From: Candidatus Bathyarchaeia archaeon
GTDB lineage: Archaea > Thermoproteota > Bathyarchaeia > 40CM-2-53-6
Assembly (NCBI GenBank): GCA_049517415.1
Contig: JBEKSC010000004.1
Span: forward strand, 64,001-128,000
Length of the DNA: 64,000 nucleotides
Direction: 5' to 3'
In this document: piece after piece, positions 30,395 through 40,452 of the stretch
Numbering within the stretch: the stretch's first letter is position 1
Layout of the letters: each line of letters starts with the position of its first letter
The notes under the pieces: model-generated
Told to the model about the DNA's origin: nothing
What the model saw: only the letters and a program-made list of their open reading frames with translations
The model's database searches: none
Program-made: the position numbers and the translations under genes

Positions 30395-30778
30395 CTAATT
30401 CGCCAAGTACTCGGCGATCGGGAACACGACCTTCCGCAGCACCCAATCCTTTAAGGCCGCATGCGGCCGGTCCAGTTGGATGTACATTCGATATCGGCTA
30501 ACGGGAATGACCGAGGGTAGCTTGCCTTGGGCAACTCTCTTGAGTCGACAGAACATCAGGCACGTGAAGTGCGGGCGCCGATAGTGCAGGCCTGGGTGGC
30601 AGATGCAATTCCAACGCGTAACCACAATGTTCGGCGGCGTCATCTTCATGTACAGTTTGCCGTCGAGAACGTCACGCATGATCATGGCGTTTGGGCCAAA
30701 CGGCTCAAGCGGAACCAGGTTGTCTCCGGATCCCGTGCCACCGGATACGTGCCACTCATTGGTCGGGGGTTGACTCAT
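30395..30778 (-). CDS. Viral hypothetical protein
   Basis: Co-oriented and overlapping with neighbours. Confidence 0.55.
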   Translation of the reverse strand: MSQPPTNEWHVSGGTGSGDNLVPLEPFGPNAMIMRDVLDGKLYMKMTPPNIVVTRWNCICHPGLHYRRPHFTCLMFCRLKRVAQGKLPSVIPVSRYRMYIQLDRPHAALKDWVLRKVVFPIAEYLAN

Positions 30779-31016
30779 TAATTTTCACGTTCACGTTCCA
30801 GAACACTTTCCAAGGTCTGCAGCCGTAGACATCACTATGTCGAACCACGGCAGCCACAACGTCGTCAGCTGAAATACGGCAATCTTGTCGGAAGCAGGAG
30901 TAGATAACACGAAGGCAAAGGGGGCAAAGCGCTGAGATTGGCGGAACGATACAACACTCTAGTATCACTGCGACTTTGGGAAAGTCTTCAACTGATGATA
31001 GTTTGCTCAATCCCAT
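30756..31016 (-). CDS. Viral Cys-rich hypothetical protein
   Basis: CPLC and further Cys/His residues; operonic. Confidence 0.5.
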   Translation of the reverse strand: MGLSKLSSVEDFPKVAVILECCIVPPISALCPLCLRVIYSCFRQDCRISADDVVAAVVRHSDVYGCRPWKVFWNVNVKINESTPDQ

Positions 31017-31028
31017 GTGACTTCCCTC

Positions 31029-31508
31029 TCATTGGTCTGGAGTGGGTTCATTCCAGCCGTCGACTATGTTCGGCGTCTGGTACTTGCTGACAGCGGTGTA
31101 CGGATAGCGCTTGATCCAGGGCGTCAGCAAGTCCTGCAGATCCTTGGGTAGCACGGCCTGGAGGGGGATTGAGATTTGGAACATGGTCTCGTGAACGAGT
31201 GGTCCCATCTTGTTGGTGACCATGTACTGAATCATATTCGACGACGCCCGTGCGGCAATGTCCTGGATGGCAGGCGGGATTGCTCCTGGGAAGTCGACGT
31301 CGAAATCCCGCTTACAGAAACGATTGATGTGACTTTGAGCCCGAGGAATCAGCGTGTTGTCTATGAAAGTGTTGAACGCGGCCTCGTTAGGAAATGGGGC
31401 TTGAACGCCCCCTGCGCCCGTCGTGCCAGACACGTTGAGAGCACTCCACTTCGTAGCCGCGTAAATCTTGACTTCAGCGCTGGTGGTCCATGCTGACATA
31501 CTATGCAC
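31029..31508 (-). CDS. Head-tail adaptor/connector (gp6/gp15-like)
   Basis: 'WTT..EVK', 'AQSHINRFCKRDF', 'IPPAI..IA', 'LP.DL..LL.P' pattern. Confidence 0.75.
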   Translation of the reverse strand: MHSMSAWTTSAEVKIYAATKWSALNVSGTTGAGGVQAPFPNEAAFNTFIDNTLIPRAQSHINRFCKRDFDVDFPGAIPPAIQDIAARASSNMIQYMVTNKMGPLVHETMFQISIPLQAVLPKDLQDLLTPWIKRYPYTAVSKYQTPNIVDGWNEPTPDQ

Positions 31509-31511
31509 CTG

Positions 31512-31808
31512 CTACCTTCCGCTATCGCTAAGGTTCTTCTCGTTGAGTCGCCGCGTAACATCTCGGACGGCGAGCCGGCGCTTGGCTTCTCGGAGGTCTG
31601 CTTTGCCTGCGGAGCCCGCGGTGCGGAGGCGTGATCTAATCGGGGCCTTCTTGGCCACGACGACCAGGGCTTTGGTTACCGCGTGAATGGTCTTGATCAG
31701 TTTCGCTTTCTCGTTCACAGAATGCAGCAAAGTGAAGGTGGTGAGTAAGGTGTTGATGCTCGTGGCTACAAGGGCCACGGAAACGAGGACGGTGTCAGCA
31801 TCTACCAT
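31512..31808 (-). CDS. Viral hypothetical membrane-associated basic protein
   Basis: Hydrophobic N-terminus, basic C-terminus, operonic. Confidence 0.55.
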   Translation of the reverse strand: MVDADTVLVSVALVATSINTLLTTFTLLHSVNEKAKLIKTIHAVTKALVVVAKKAPIRSRLRTAGSAGKADLREAKRRLAVRDVTRRLNEKNLSDSGR

Positions 31809-32087
31809 CTACTATCTACCTTCCACTGATGATTAGTCCCGCTCGAGTGGGACGGCTGGGGACAGCCGAAGTCTCGTTCACTATGCGACCGCTGGCCGCA
31901 TGATTATTGTGACTGCTGATCCTTCAGGTTCCAATGTTCTACGGTCACGCTGAGGGGTACCGTGTCGGCGCTTGCCGCCCACTCGGGTGTCGGGGTATGG
32001 TACCGCATGATTAGGATCCTCACGGGAGAAAAAGTGAGGTTAGGGATTCACGCCCGTCTAGGTGACGGGTAACTCACGAAAGAACTA

Positions 32088-33077
32088 CTATGCGTGTACG
32101 TTGGTGATTTCGTTGATTGCAGTCGTGACGCCGGTTTGTGGTTGCAGGTACTGGCGCATTATGTATGCGTCGTAGCCTGCGGCTTCGTTTCTGTACCTTG
32201 CCGCTTCGGTCGGGCCAGATCCCAAAATCATTGCGGATACTGGGTCTAGCACGTAGCAGCTGGTTGTCGGGGTTATGAAGAAGTCGCTGTAACCCATGAC
32301 TCCTGGTAGGCCTGGGATTTGGAATCCTCCGCCCTGCGTAAAGTCTGGGTACACTGCGCCGGCTAGTTGGCCTTTGACGTAGTCGTTGCCGAAGAACGCG
32401 GACCATCCAGTCGGGTGCATCACTACTGACGTCGGATGGTAGCCCGCGGTTGCGATCGTAGTCATAGCGCCGATTATGTCCGTGTACGGGTTGAATTCGC
32501 TGCGGCCGCTTGCTAGTGTGGTCCAGAGGCCGCTTGCAGCCGGTTGCAAGCCTCCAGCTGCGGCGAAGGCTTGGCTGATCTGGTGGTTCTCGCTGTATGC
32601 TAAGGCACCTGCGGCGTCTCGGGTTGCAGTTCCGAAAATATCCACGTTCGCTAGTCTCTGCAATTCGTCCGACACGACGACGTGTTGAACGTTCTTCCAG
32701 AGAGCGAAGGTGACAGTGGTCCACGCGTCGGGGTCAAGGGAAGCTTCCACAAGTGGCGGAACCTTCTCTGTTGCCGTTCCCTTCGTGTAGATCGGAATGC
32801 TTGCCTTGAGCGCGTTCATGGTGATGATGCGGCATGTGTTGCGCAGGTTGTACACTGGCCTTTGCAGGCCCAGTATTTCCTGCAGCAAGATTGGGATGTT
32901 GATGGCGCTGATATCCGATAGGCTCGGGAGCGCTGCTTGCTTCATATTCCGAGCGTTGAAGATTTTGCGATTGACGTCGCCGATTCTGCCCTGATAGACG
33001 TTGTTCGTGGTTGGGTCGAACCAACCAATTTCTTGTAGTTCTCCTTGTAGTCCACCATCAAGTTTGTCCATGTTCAA
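32088..33077 (-). CDS. Major capsid protein (HK97 fold, inferred)
   Basis: 329 aa downstream of protease and decoration genes; 'VVMHPTGW' typical of MCPs; GAGG RBS. Confidence 0.8.
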   Translation of the reverse strand: MNMDKLDGGLQGELQEIGWFDPTTNNVYQGRIGDVNRKIFNARNMKQAALPSLSDISAINIPILLQEILGLQRPVYNLRNTCRIITMNALKASIPIYTKGTATEKVPPLVEASLDPDAWTTVTFALWKNVQHVVVSDELQRLANVDIFGTATRDAAGALAYSENHQISQAFAAAGGLQPAASGLWTTLASGRSEFNPYTDIIGAMTTIATAGYHPTSVVMHPTGWSAFFGNDYVKGQLAGAVYPDFTQGGGFQIPGLPGVMGYSDFFITPTTSCYVLDPVSAMILGSGPTEAARYRNEAAGYDAYIMRQYLQPQTGVTTAINEITNVHA

Positions 33078-33083
33078 CCTCTC

Positions 33084-33518
33084 CTAGTTTCTCAACATTA
33101 CACGGGTGAGGTCACCGGGGTTCGTTGTAGTGTCAAAGTTCATTCCGACAAGCATTCCGCCTGGCATCAAGGATCCAGTCATGCCGGTGCCGCCTGATGC
33201 GCCTGTGCCCAACGCTAGGGCTGTGGCTGTGGTGACGTAGGCTACTGTGCTTGGTACAACTGGGGCGAACTGCACTATTGCACCCGCCGCAGCGACCCAG
33301 ACAACGCCGTCGATGACAATTTTGCCTTTCATGTCGGCGCCGCTGGCTACGCCTTGGTTTGCGATGCCGAACGGTCCTAGGTCGCCAGCCTGCCATGGCC
33401 GGCCGTCTTTGAGGCTGATGATTTGGCCTTTGGTGATGGTTGCAGTGGCGTTCTTGCTGACTGGCAAGTAGAAGAAGTCGTGAGCCATGTCAATATCGCC
33501 TGCATTTGGCATGGTCAC
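33084..33518 (-). CDS. Capsid decoration/cement protein
   Basis: 'ATITKGQII', 'GPFGIA', 'DGVV.V.A' pattern between scaffold and MCP. Confidence 0.7.
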   Translation of the reverse strand: MTMPNAGDIDMAHDFFYLPVSKNATATITKGQIISLKDGRPWQAGDLGPFGIANQGVASGADMKGKIVIDGVVWVAAAGAIVQFAPVVPSTVAYVTTATALALGTGASGGTGMTGSLMPGGMLVGMNFDTTTNPGDLTRVMLRN

Positions 33519-35161
33519 TTACCTCCTATGATCTCGCCGTGTTCGTCTCGGCGGTAACCGAACAGTTTCTCGCGTTGATCTTCAATGGTGTTCATCGCTT
33601 GTTCTTGGGTGTGTTTCGCCTTTGGGCCAGAAGGCATCGAGTCTAAGCGTGCTTGGACTGCTGTTAGTTCTTTCTCGACTGCGTCGAGTGCATCAGCTGA
33701 CAGCTTCTCAAGCTCGCTGAAAGCTTGCGCGTGGTCCTTTGGTTCCAGCATGCCGCAGTGGGTTTTCAGTTCCACTATGGTCTGAACCTTGGCCATGCGC
33801 TGCTTCTTTTCAACCTCGGCCTTGTAGGCCTTGAGCGTTGTGAGTTCTGCTTCGAGGGCTGCGTTCTTTGCTTGTAATTCGTTACATTCTGACATTTCCT
33901 GTTCCTCCTTTGATTGATGCATCCCACTCTTCGTACCGCACAACTCGCTGTCAATATCGAATTTCTTGGCAGCTGCACAGATCTTCTTCTTCGCCTCAGC
34001 TTTCGCTGAATCGTTCTCGAACGACGTCGCGCTCCATCCATTACCGCCAAGCGCAGCCCTAACGTGGTCTGCGTCGTGAATGGGAAGGTGCCGTCCGCCT
34101 TTCGAGTCGATGTACGCGAAGTCGCTGTCTGAGAGGTTGTTTCGTTCCTCGGTCGTAAGTGGTGCGGCTGAGAGTTGGGATGTTTGAGTGGTTTTCATTT
34201 TGTTACCCCCCTCCATTTTCTGGCCCAGTTTTGTCTCGAGGTCTTGCTTCTGGCTAGGGCTTGGAATAGGCCTCACAGGGTTCATCTCCCCATCACTCAC
34301 ACTCTTGTGAGAAGAAAGCGCCAAAGGCGCGATCATAGGTTCAGGTTCCGGTTTAATGTGCAGGATTATTTCGAGGCGTTCCTCGAGCGCGGTTAGGATC
34401 CCACGGGCGCTCTGCACCGCCTTCCTCATAGTCGAAAGGTCTTGGTCATTGATCGAGAATACGCCGGCCTGACTCTCGCAGGCAGCCTGCAGCGCCTGGT
34501 AGAAGTCGCACTTAGTTTCGCTGTCGCAGGTCCCGTCAACCCCCGCGTCCGGATAGGCGCCTTTGTCGACGAAGAGTACATGTTCGAAATTGAAATCGTC
34601 CACAACGTCCACATCGCCTTCCCGGTGTTCAACGAATGCCAGGACCGAGGGGCTGACGGCTTTCCAGTTCTTGTTCTTGATGTTGTCCCAAGCGTAGTCC
34701 TTGGTGATTTCGGCGATGCCGTGGGTGACATGGTTAGATTGGAAGTCGACGAATTTACCGATCGGCGACCATAAGCCTTCGTGTGGTGCGCCTGGTGGAC
34801 CACCGACCACGTTGCCTCGTTCTCCAGGAGCTGGCGGACCCAGCAATGGAGCGTCGAGTAGGGATTTCAGCGCCTTAGCTCGAGCGGTGGTCGTGACCTG
34901 CCACTTGTTCAGGTTCGGCGCCAAATCGATTACATGAATTTTGGCTAAATGCTTGCCTTGTTCCTCGTAGGGCTCAAACGTCGCCTGGTACGCGAACGCA
35001 ACCTTCCGTAGGCTCTGCTTGCTGGGCAGATGGCCACAGATTCTCTTAGCCGCCGCTTCGCTAAGTCCCTCCTTCATGTGCGCGGCTACGCAACTCTCAC
35101 GGTCGGGGAACTTAGCGATCTCCGGCAAGTCCACTGCTTTCACATCTTCCACACTCATCAA
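33515..35161 (-). CDS. Prohead protease-scaffold fusion
   Basis: 'NLNKW', His, 'AVSPS', 'HVLFVDKGAY' protease motifs; C-terminal coiled coil. Confidence 0.8.
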   Translation of the reverse strand: MMSVEDVKAVDLPEIAKFPDRESCVAAHMKEGLSEAAAKRICGHLPSKQSLRKVAFAYQATFEPYEEQGKHLAKIHVIDLAPNLNKWQVTTTARAKALKSLLDAPLLGPPAPGERGNVVGGPPGAPHEGLWSPIGKFVDFQSNHVTHGIAEITKDYAWDNIKNKNWKAVSPSVLAFVEHREGDVDVVDDFNFEHVLFVDKGAYPDAGVDGTCDSETKCDFYQALQAACESQAGVFSINDQDLSTMRKAVQSARGILTALEERLEIILHIKPEPEPMIAPLALSSHKSVSDGEMNPVRPIPSPSQKQDLETKLGQKMEGGNKMKTTQTSQLSAAPLTTEERNNLSDSDFAYIDSKGGRHLPIHDADHVRAALGGNGWSATSFENDSAKAEAKKKICAAAKKFDIDSELCGTKSGMHQSKEEQEMSECNELQAKNAALEAELTTLKAYKAEVEKKQRMAKVQTIVELKTHCGMLEPKDHAQAFSELEKLSADALDAVEKELTAVQARLDSMPSGPKAKHTQEQAMNTIEDQREKLFGYRRDEHGEIIGGK

Positions 35162-35270
35162 AACACATCACCAGGACAACTAGGGAGTTCAGTAGGTCCC
35201 GTGTTCAGCCTTAGTTGAGATTACATCCAGAAACGGTCGCGCTGAAAGCTTCGAAGGCAAGATGATGAAA

Positions 35271-35462
35271 CTTATGGGGATTACGTTATCGTTCAAATTC
35301 AGTCGCCCACACCATCACGATCACAACAACAAGTTGGAAGGTGTGAACGGAGAAATCAGGGACAGAGAACGCGTCATGCGAACCTTATAGAAAACGGATA
35401 CGCAATTCTTTCTGGTATGCAAATCTTCCACAGCTACGTGCGCCCCATCTGGGGCCGAACGA
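35271..35462 (+). pseudogene. Degenerate DDE transposase fragment
   Basis: 'NNKLEGVNGEIRDRERVMRTL' stop, then frameshifted 'MQIFHSYVRP'. Confidence 0.7.
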
Positions 35463-35474
35463 GAAAACTATTTT

Positions 35475-36524
35475 ATGCGCACAGGTTGGCTCTTGATGAG
35501 TATGAAGTCGCAACTAGTGGTAAGTGCGCTTCTCGTAGTGACAATAATTCTGTCGATCGCGTTACCTTGGTATCCAGTTGTCTTGAATTGGCAGAAGTAC
35601 ATGATTATGACTCCAAGTCTTGCAGTGGAGGGTGGCGGTTCGGGAGCGATTGGGGAGCCCACGGTTATCTACGAGAATGATGTTTGGAGAATGTGGTACA
35701 GCTGCAACGAGTGGCACCAGTCTCAAACTTGTTACGCTGAAAGTTCCGATGCCCTGCATTGGACGAAGTTTGGTAAGGTTACAGACCAGCGATTAAGCAT
35801 GATTGTAAGATACAACTCAACTACTCTGTTCTTTTACACTCGGGGCTTGTTGACCCAATATAGCCAAGATGGGATCCATTGGACTCACTTCGCACAGCAA
35901 TACGGCGTGTTGCCGCCGAATCAACCCTACGACAACTACAAGTGGAATCCTTCAGTTCTCCAGTTGCCGAACGGCACTTGGCTAATGTACTACGAATGCA
36001 CAGCCACCCTTGCCACCTTCCGTTCCTCTAGCTATTGGGCTTCATGCTTGGCATCGTCTCCTGACGGAATCCACGACTGGGTAAGGAACTCCGTGAATCC
36101 TGTGCTTGGCGGGAGGCGTCAAGGTTTCAGGGTTGGAAACCAAGATGTGCTTTACGACAGCGGGGTTTACTACATGTTTTGGAATGACTACTCTAAAGTG
36201 CCTTTGCAAATAGCGTTGTCAACCTCAACTGACGGCGTACATTGGACGCAGGTGTTCTGGAAGACGAGTCCGTTAATTGCTCGCACCATTGAAGGCAGTC
36301 GATTCGACCAGATTGGGGACCAGGAAGTGGTTGTTAGGCCAGATGGGATCTACGTTTTCTATGCCGCAACAGACAATATCGTTGGCTATGGACAAATCTG
36401 GCTTGCGAAACTACCGAACACAACATTACAACAGTTAGCCGGAGCAATTACCATAACGGAAAATGGCGTGGCTAGATCTGTAAAAAAGTGTAGCTTGCTG
36501 GGCCTAATGCTCAGACGTTGCTAA
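35475..36524 (+). CDS. Secreted five-bladed beta-propeller glycoside hydrolase-like protein
   Basis: 'EPTVIY....WRMWY', repeated 'S.DG.HW' boxes, N-terminal TM helix. Confidence 0.8.
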   Translation: MRTGWLLMSMKSQLVVSALLVVTIILSIALPWYPVVLNWQKYMIMTPSLAVEGGGSGAIGEPTVIYENDVWRMWYSCNEWHQSQTCYAESSDALHWTKFGKVTDQRLSMIVRYNSTTLFFYTRGLLTQYSQDGIHWTHFAQQYGVLPPNQPYDNYKWNPSVLQLPNGTWLMYYECTATLATFRSSSYWASCLASSPDGIHDWVRNSVNPVLGGRRQGFRVGNQDVLYDSGVYYMFWNDYSKVPLQIALSTSTDGVHWTQVFWKTSPLIARTIEGSRFDQIGDQEVVVRPDGIYVFYAATDNIVGYGQIWLAKLPNTTLQQLAGAITITENGVARSVKKCSLLGLMLRRC

Positions 36525-36632
36525 AAGATGGGGAATGAAAACTGGTCAACCGACAACTACACGTCTTACTTGATTGACTTCGTTATGATCGTCTGTTGCG
36601 AGCAGTAAATTCTAGACCGAAAGCGTAGAGCG

Positions 36633-36743
36633 CTAAGTTTGCATGCACCAAATGCATTTTTTGATGATTGTACCGTCGGCTGCCTCAACTGTAGCGAGGG
36701 GATAGCCGCAGTAGGGACAGTATCCGGTTGAGGCAGTGCTCAA
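36633..36743 (-). CDS. Small zinc-finger peptide (36 aa)
   Basis: Manual translation from TTG: STASTGYCPYCGYPL...KKCIWCMQT. Confidence 0.45.
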   Translation of the reverse strand: MSTASTGYCPYCGYPLATVEAADGTIIKKCIWCMQT

Positions 36744-36995
36744 GCTTTCATCAGCAAACTAGGGACTGAAACTCTCTTCAAGCGTGGCTTTCGGCGTCTT
36801 GTGCGGAGGATTCCTACCGGGCGCATGCTCACCGCTTGGCTGCAGGCCGCGGCGTCGTATTCCCTTCTTTCGATTCTCTCAAGTTGTCGTCGGCGCCTTC
36901 CTACTTTGTCGTTGTCAAGTTTCGCCGGGTGGGTTGCGGTGTTCTGGATTAGAAAAACTTCTGATGTCCGACCACCACAGACATTATCTCTTAAC

Positions 36996-37751
36996 TCACT
37001 CAAGGCGTTGCGATATGCGATGCGGCCAGTCACACTCAACCGAAAACCTTTGTCTAATCTCAACTGTAATTATGTCTGATTTCACCGTCCCATCTTCGTT
37101 TAGCATTGGAGAAAATAACAAGTCTGTCGAAGCAAGAAACATTGTAGTCGCCTCGATCTTATTGTAGACTTCCGTTAGACAGGCTGCTTCGGCGAGTATG
37201 GTTTGGTCGTTAAGACTTGGCGATTTACCTAGAAGCCGTCTAAGCTGCGTCCTATCAACCAAAAATTGCCTAGCGTATATGTTTGAAGCAATGCCTCTGA
37301 GATATGGGGGTACTGTCGTTAGGCGGCTTTTCACATGACTCCTCACCTTAGAACCCGCCGTCTGTCTTGCCGCACCCAACAGTTTTCCGTACATGGTCAC
37401 AACATCCCCTAATCTTTCGGCCAACCGTGACTTATTCGTGACATCCACCATAGCTAAACAACCAAGAAGCTCGTGCATCCTGTCCCAACAAAGGTTCAGA
37501 ACCGTGGAGCGTATTTCATTTGAAAGGCTTGGATTGAGACGCTGTGTAACAGCACTGTTTAGTTTGTGTGATGCCTCAATTTCGACAGTTTTGGTTACAA
37601 GTCCAATTTCACGATGGGCTTTCAGATATCCAAAGAGCCGCATTGACCTATCGAAGTGGGTGTCCTTGAACTGAACAACGCCTGCCTTCGCCGCGTAAAT
37701 CGAACCAGACAGTAAAACCGATGTCTCGATGAGAACCTTATTGTCAGTCAG
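36996..37751 (-). CDS. Divergent PIN-domain protein (probable CTG start)
   Basis: Open frame upstream of the listed ATG gives 'KVLIETSVLL'; 'D..ILAEA' and 'FLASTD..F'. Confidence 0.7.
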   Translation of the reverse strand: MTDNKVLIETSVLLSGSIYAAKAGVVQFKDTHFDRSMRLFGYLKAHREIGLVTKTVEIEASHKLNSAVTQRLNPSLSNEIRSTVLNLCWDRMHELLGCLAMVDVTNKSRLAERLGDVVTMYGKLLGAARQTAGSKVRSHVKSRLTTVPPYLRGIASNIYARQFLVDRTQLRRLLGKSPSLNDQTILAEAACLTEVYNKIEATTMFLASTDLLFSPMLNEDGTVKSDIITVEIRQRFSVECDWPHRISQRLE

Positions 37752-38256
37752 AAGTCGTCATCGGCTTCAATAACTCGTCGAAGGCCGTAATCAACTTCGC
37801 CTTGTCCACTCCCTTCAGGTTATCCCTAGGGTCAATCATTTGGACTGCCCGGGCAGATGAACGCAATTCGCGCACATAATTCATCACATCGTCTGAATTA
37901 GTTTGAGTTGGGTCGCTTTCCATGGACACGAGAGTCGCGATTGTCGTAAGAATGCGCGGAAAAATCATTCTTGCTTGTTCGACTACGAGAGGGTTGTCAT
38001 GTGCCACGTGTGCCTGCGCGAATCTTACGCGCATCTTGGAGAATATCAGTCGAAGGTTTCGCCAAGAGTGATACATTGTGAAGTTAGCAGGTGAGGGGTT
38101 TGCATTTCCCCAAAATTGTTCTTGTTTGCTAGAATACATGACCAAATGGTCGAGATGTGGCCCGATTTTCCTGTCAACTTTACCTACCCTTTGCATAGCT
38201 GCGAGTCGTGATTCGACTATCGCGGCTTCATCAATCAACTTTCCGAAATCGGGCAT
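37744..38256 (-). CDS. Hypothetical helical protein, partner of the PIN-like gene
   Basis: Overlaps the downstream gene start. Confidence 0.65.
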   Translation of the reverse strand: MPDFGKLIDEAAIVESRLAAMQRVGKVDRKIGPHLDHLVMYSSKQEQFWGNANPSPANFTMYHSWRNLRLIFSKMRVRFAQAHVAHDNPLVVEQARMIFPRILTTIATLVSMESDPTQTNSDDVMNYVRELRSSARAVQMIDPRDNLKGVDKAKLITAFDELLKPMTTSD

Positions 38257-38437
38257 TTCCCAACGCCGAACTTATGCGAACTACACCTGGTGGAGTACTA
38301 GTTTCCGCTGTCACTTTAATAGACTTGCTTTAGTGACCTCATCCGAACTGTATATAATGCGGCTAGTTTGATAGATTATTGTTGTTTTCTCGTAATCCTT
38401 TGAACCCACGAAGACTTGACAAGGCCCTTCTTTCCCA

Positions 38438-38575
38438 TCATGCTTCACTGAGAACCATTGATGGGCGCCTCGCACGTAGCTGCAGATCCCGTATGTCTAG
38501 GAGTACCTCGAGGCGGAGAGCGTCGAGTGGGTTTCCGGACTTTGCGTCGGCTTCGATTTCTTTTCTCGGTCTCAT
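38438..38575 (-). CDS. Small viral protein (45 aa)
   Basis: ATGA overlap with the portal stop; 'LEVLLDIRDL'. Confidence 0.55.
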   Translation of the reverse strand: MRPRKEIEADAKSGNPLDALRLEVLLDIRDLQLRARRPSMVLSEA

Positions 38576-40230
38576 TGTCCTTCTAGCTCTTGTTGTTCCG
38601 TTTCCTCTTTGACTTCAGCGGGGGATTCCGGCTCTTCAGTTGCTGGGCCGGTTGGGCTAGGTGGCTGCGTTGCTACCGGCTCTTTGACCTCCGCGGGGTC
38701 AAAAGCGGAAGAGGGTCCATCCCGCATGATCTCGTACGCCTTCTCTAAGTTCACGAATCCCAGCCCACCGTCGTAGGCAACTGAGACTGCGGTGAGGAGT
38801 GCGAAGAAGTCGGTTGTGCGAATCTCACGCCACCGATGCCGCACACGCACCGGCGGATCCTGGCCCGTGGGAGTCTTGAGGTAGAAGCGTGTCAGAGGGT
38901 CGTACCATTGCTGCTCAACAATAAGCTGCACCCACCGTTGAATAGCCGTTATTGGGCCATCGACAAAGGACTCCAGTTGACTATAGCTTGTTGCCCGGTT
39001 CACGGCTTCGGTGCGATTAAGAATGAATTTCGGAACCTGAAAGTTCCCAATGATCTCCTGGTCTAGGTCGGTCTTGACTGCGACGAGGCCTGGGAGGTCA
39101 GGCTTGATGTCGATAACCTGAACGGTCCAACGATTGTCTGTGGCAATATGCTTTCCAGGACGCAGCGATGCGATGTGCGTGTTAATGAGGTCCTGCACGT
39201 CGGCGTCGGTTAATCCGGCAGGCAGGCGATCCACATCTAGGCTGTGTATGGCTATGCCGGCCCAGAGAGTTGTCGCAGCCTCTTGGAGGTCTTCTATGCG
39301 GATCTTGGCCCTGGTGATCACGTCGTCTAGGACTGGTTCGATCTCGCTGAGGCCTTCCCAATCTGATTCGAGAGAGTTGTTTGTGAAATAGAGTAACTCG
39401 CTTGGTTTGTAGAAGTCTTTTTGGCCACGCCACCAGAACCCTTGCAGCACCCAGTCCTCGTCGACGTCGGGGCGCAGGTCGTAGATGGTTAGGAGTGGGA
39501 GGGAGATTAGGCGATTCGGTTCCATCTTCGCGTTGAGTTCAATTTCGAAACCTTTCTTGCCGTAAATCTTGGCACCGATGATGCCGGCATACAGAACATG
39601 GTCGAGGTCGACGCGGAGGTTGATTTTGTCAATCCACTGTTTCAACGGCAAATTATCAGCAATGATCTTTTCCTCTTGCTGCGGGGTTAGGCCTTCGCCG
39701 ACCGGTTCCAGAACAGCGTCGAAAGACTCCTTCGTGGTCCAGTAGGCGAGGGCGTTGATGCAGCCGCGCACGAGCGCATCCATACGATAGGCGCGGTAGT
39801 GCTTCTCCATCCCCTTGTAAGCGTCGAAGATGGTTTGCGTCATCCCAAGATAATATTGGGACTTGGCGGCTGAGAGCTGACGACTCAGAGGGAGGCCGCT
39901 TAGTTGCATTGCGGCTGCTTCAGCAACACGCCTCGAGCTAGAATGAACAGCAATACGAACGCCTTGGGGCGTTCCTAGATACGGGAAGGAGATCGTGTTC
40001 TCTTTCACTGTAACGCCTGGGATCCGTTCGAGAGCTGAGAAGTCGCCGAGGCCACTTGAACCGGCGACCCTGGTCCCTGCTAAGGGACGATGGTCTCTCA
40101 CCTCGGCCCGTTTGGTGGCCATCATCGGCCGCTTAGTTGTCGCGTTTCGCTTGTTTGTTACGGAACGCTTACGCCGCTTACGAGGCGGTGGTTTGTTCTT
40201 TGCCTTAGTCATTTCTTTTCGAAGACCCAA
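38572..40230 (-). CDS. Portal protein
   Basis: Follows the terminase; 'ELLYF......EGLSEIE', 'IIGNFQVPKFIL....NRATS'; start uncertain. Confidence 0.85.
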   Translation of the reverse strand: MGLRKEMTKAKNKPPPRKRRKRSVTNKRNATTKRPMMATKRAEVRDHRPLAGTRVAGSSGLGDFSALERIPGVTVKENTISFPYLGTPQGVRIAVHSSSRRVAEAAAMQLSGLPLSRQLSAAKSQYYLGMTQTIFDAYKGMEKHYRAYRMDALVRGCINALAYWTTKESFDAVLEPVGEGLTPQQEEKIIADNLPLKQWIDKINLRVDLDHVLYAGIIGAKIYGKKGFEIELNAKMEPNRLISLPLLTIYDLRPDVDEDWVLQGFWWRGQKDFYKPSELLYFTNNSLESDWEGLSEIEPVLDDVITRAKIRIEDLQEAATTLWAGIAIHSLDVDRLPAGLTDADVQDLINTHIASLRPGKHIATDNRWTVQVIDIKPDLPGLVAVKTDLDQEIIGNFQVPKFILNRTEAVNRATSYSQLESFVDGPITAIQRWVQLIVEQQWYDPLTRFYLKTPTGQDPPVRVRHRWREIRTTDFFALLTAVSVAYDGGLGFVNLEKAYEIMRDGPSSAFDPAEVKEPVATQPPSPTGPATEEPESPAEVKEETEQQELEGQ

Positions 40231-40445
40231 ACCTTACTCAACAGGAAGTGGACGGTGCCCCCGATGATTGTGGTGAGCTCATAGAATCCCACATCAACCG
40301 CATTGAACCGGTACAACAGCACGGTCCAGAACAGGTCCGGTAGCTGGCCCTTCAAACCGTAATAGAGCACGGTGCTAACCGAAACACCAACGAGTCCGCT
40401 GACACCGAACTTCAGCAACTGCAGGAGTACGTGCTTCGCCGACAA
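40209..40445 (-). CDS. GtrA-like two-TM membrane protein
   Basis: 'QLLKFGVSGLVG' and 'HFLLSKVWVF'; TTG start. Confidence 0.7.
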   Translation of the reverse strand: MSAKHVLLQLLKFGVSGLVGVSVSTVLYYGLKGQLPDLFWTVLLYRFNAVDVGFYELTTIIGGTVHFLLSKVWVFEKK

Positions 40446-40452
40446 TTGAGCC

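Noticed and set aside
31810..32085. Structured ncRNA after the capsid gene
   Set aside because: Short hairpins and a T-tract are adequately explained as terminator or stability elements, with no family features
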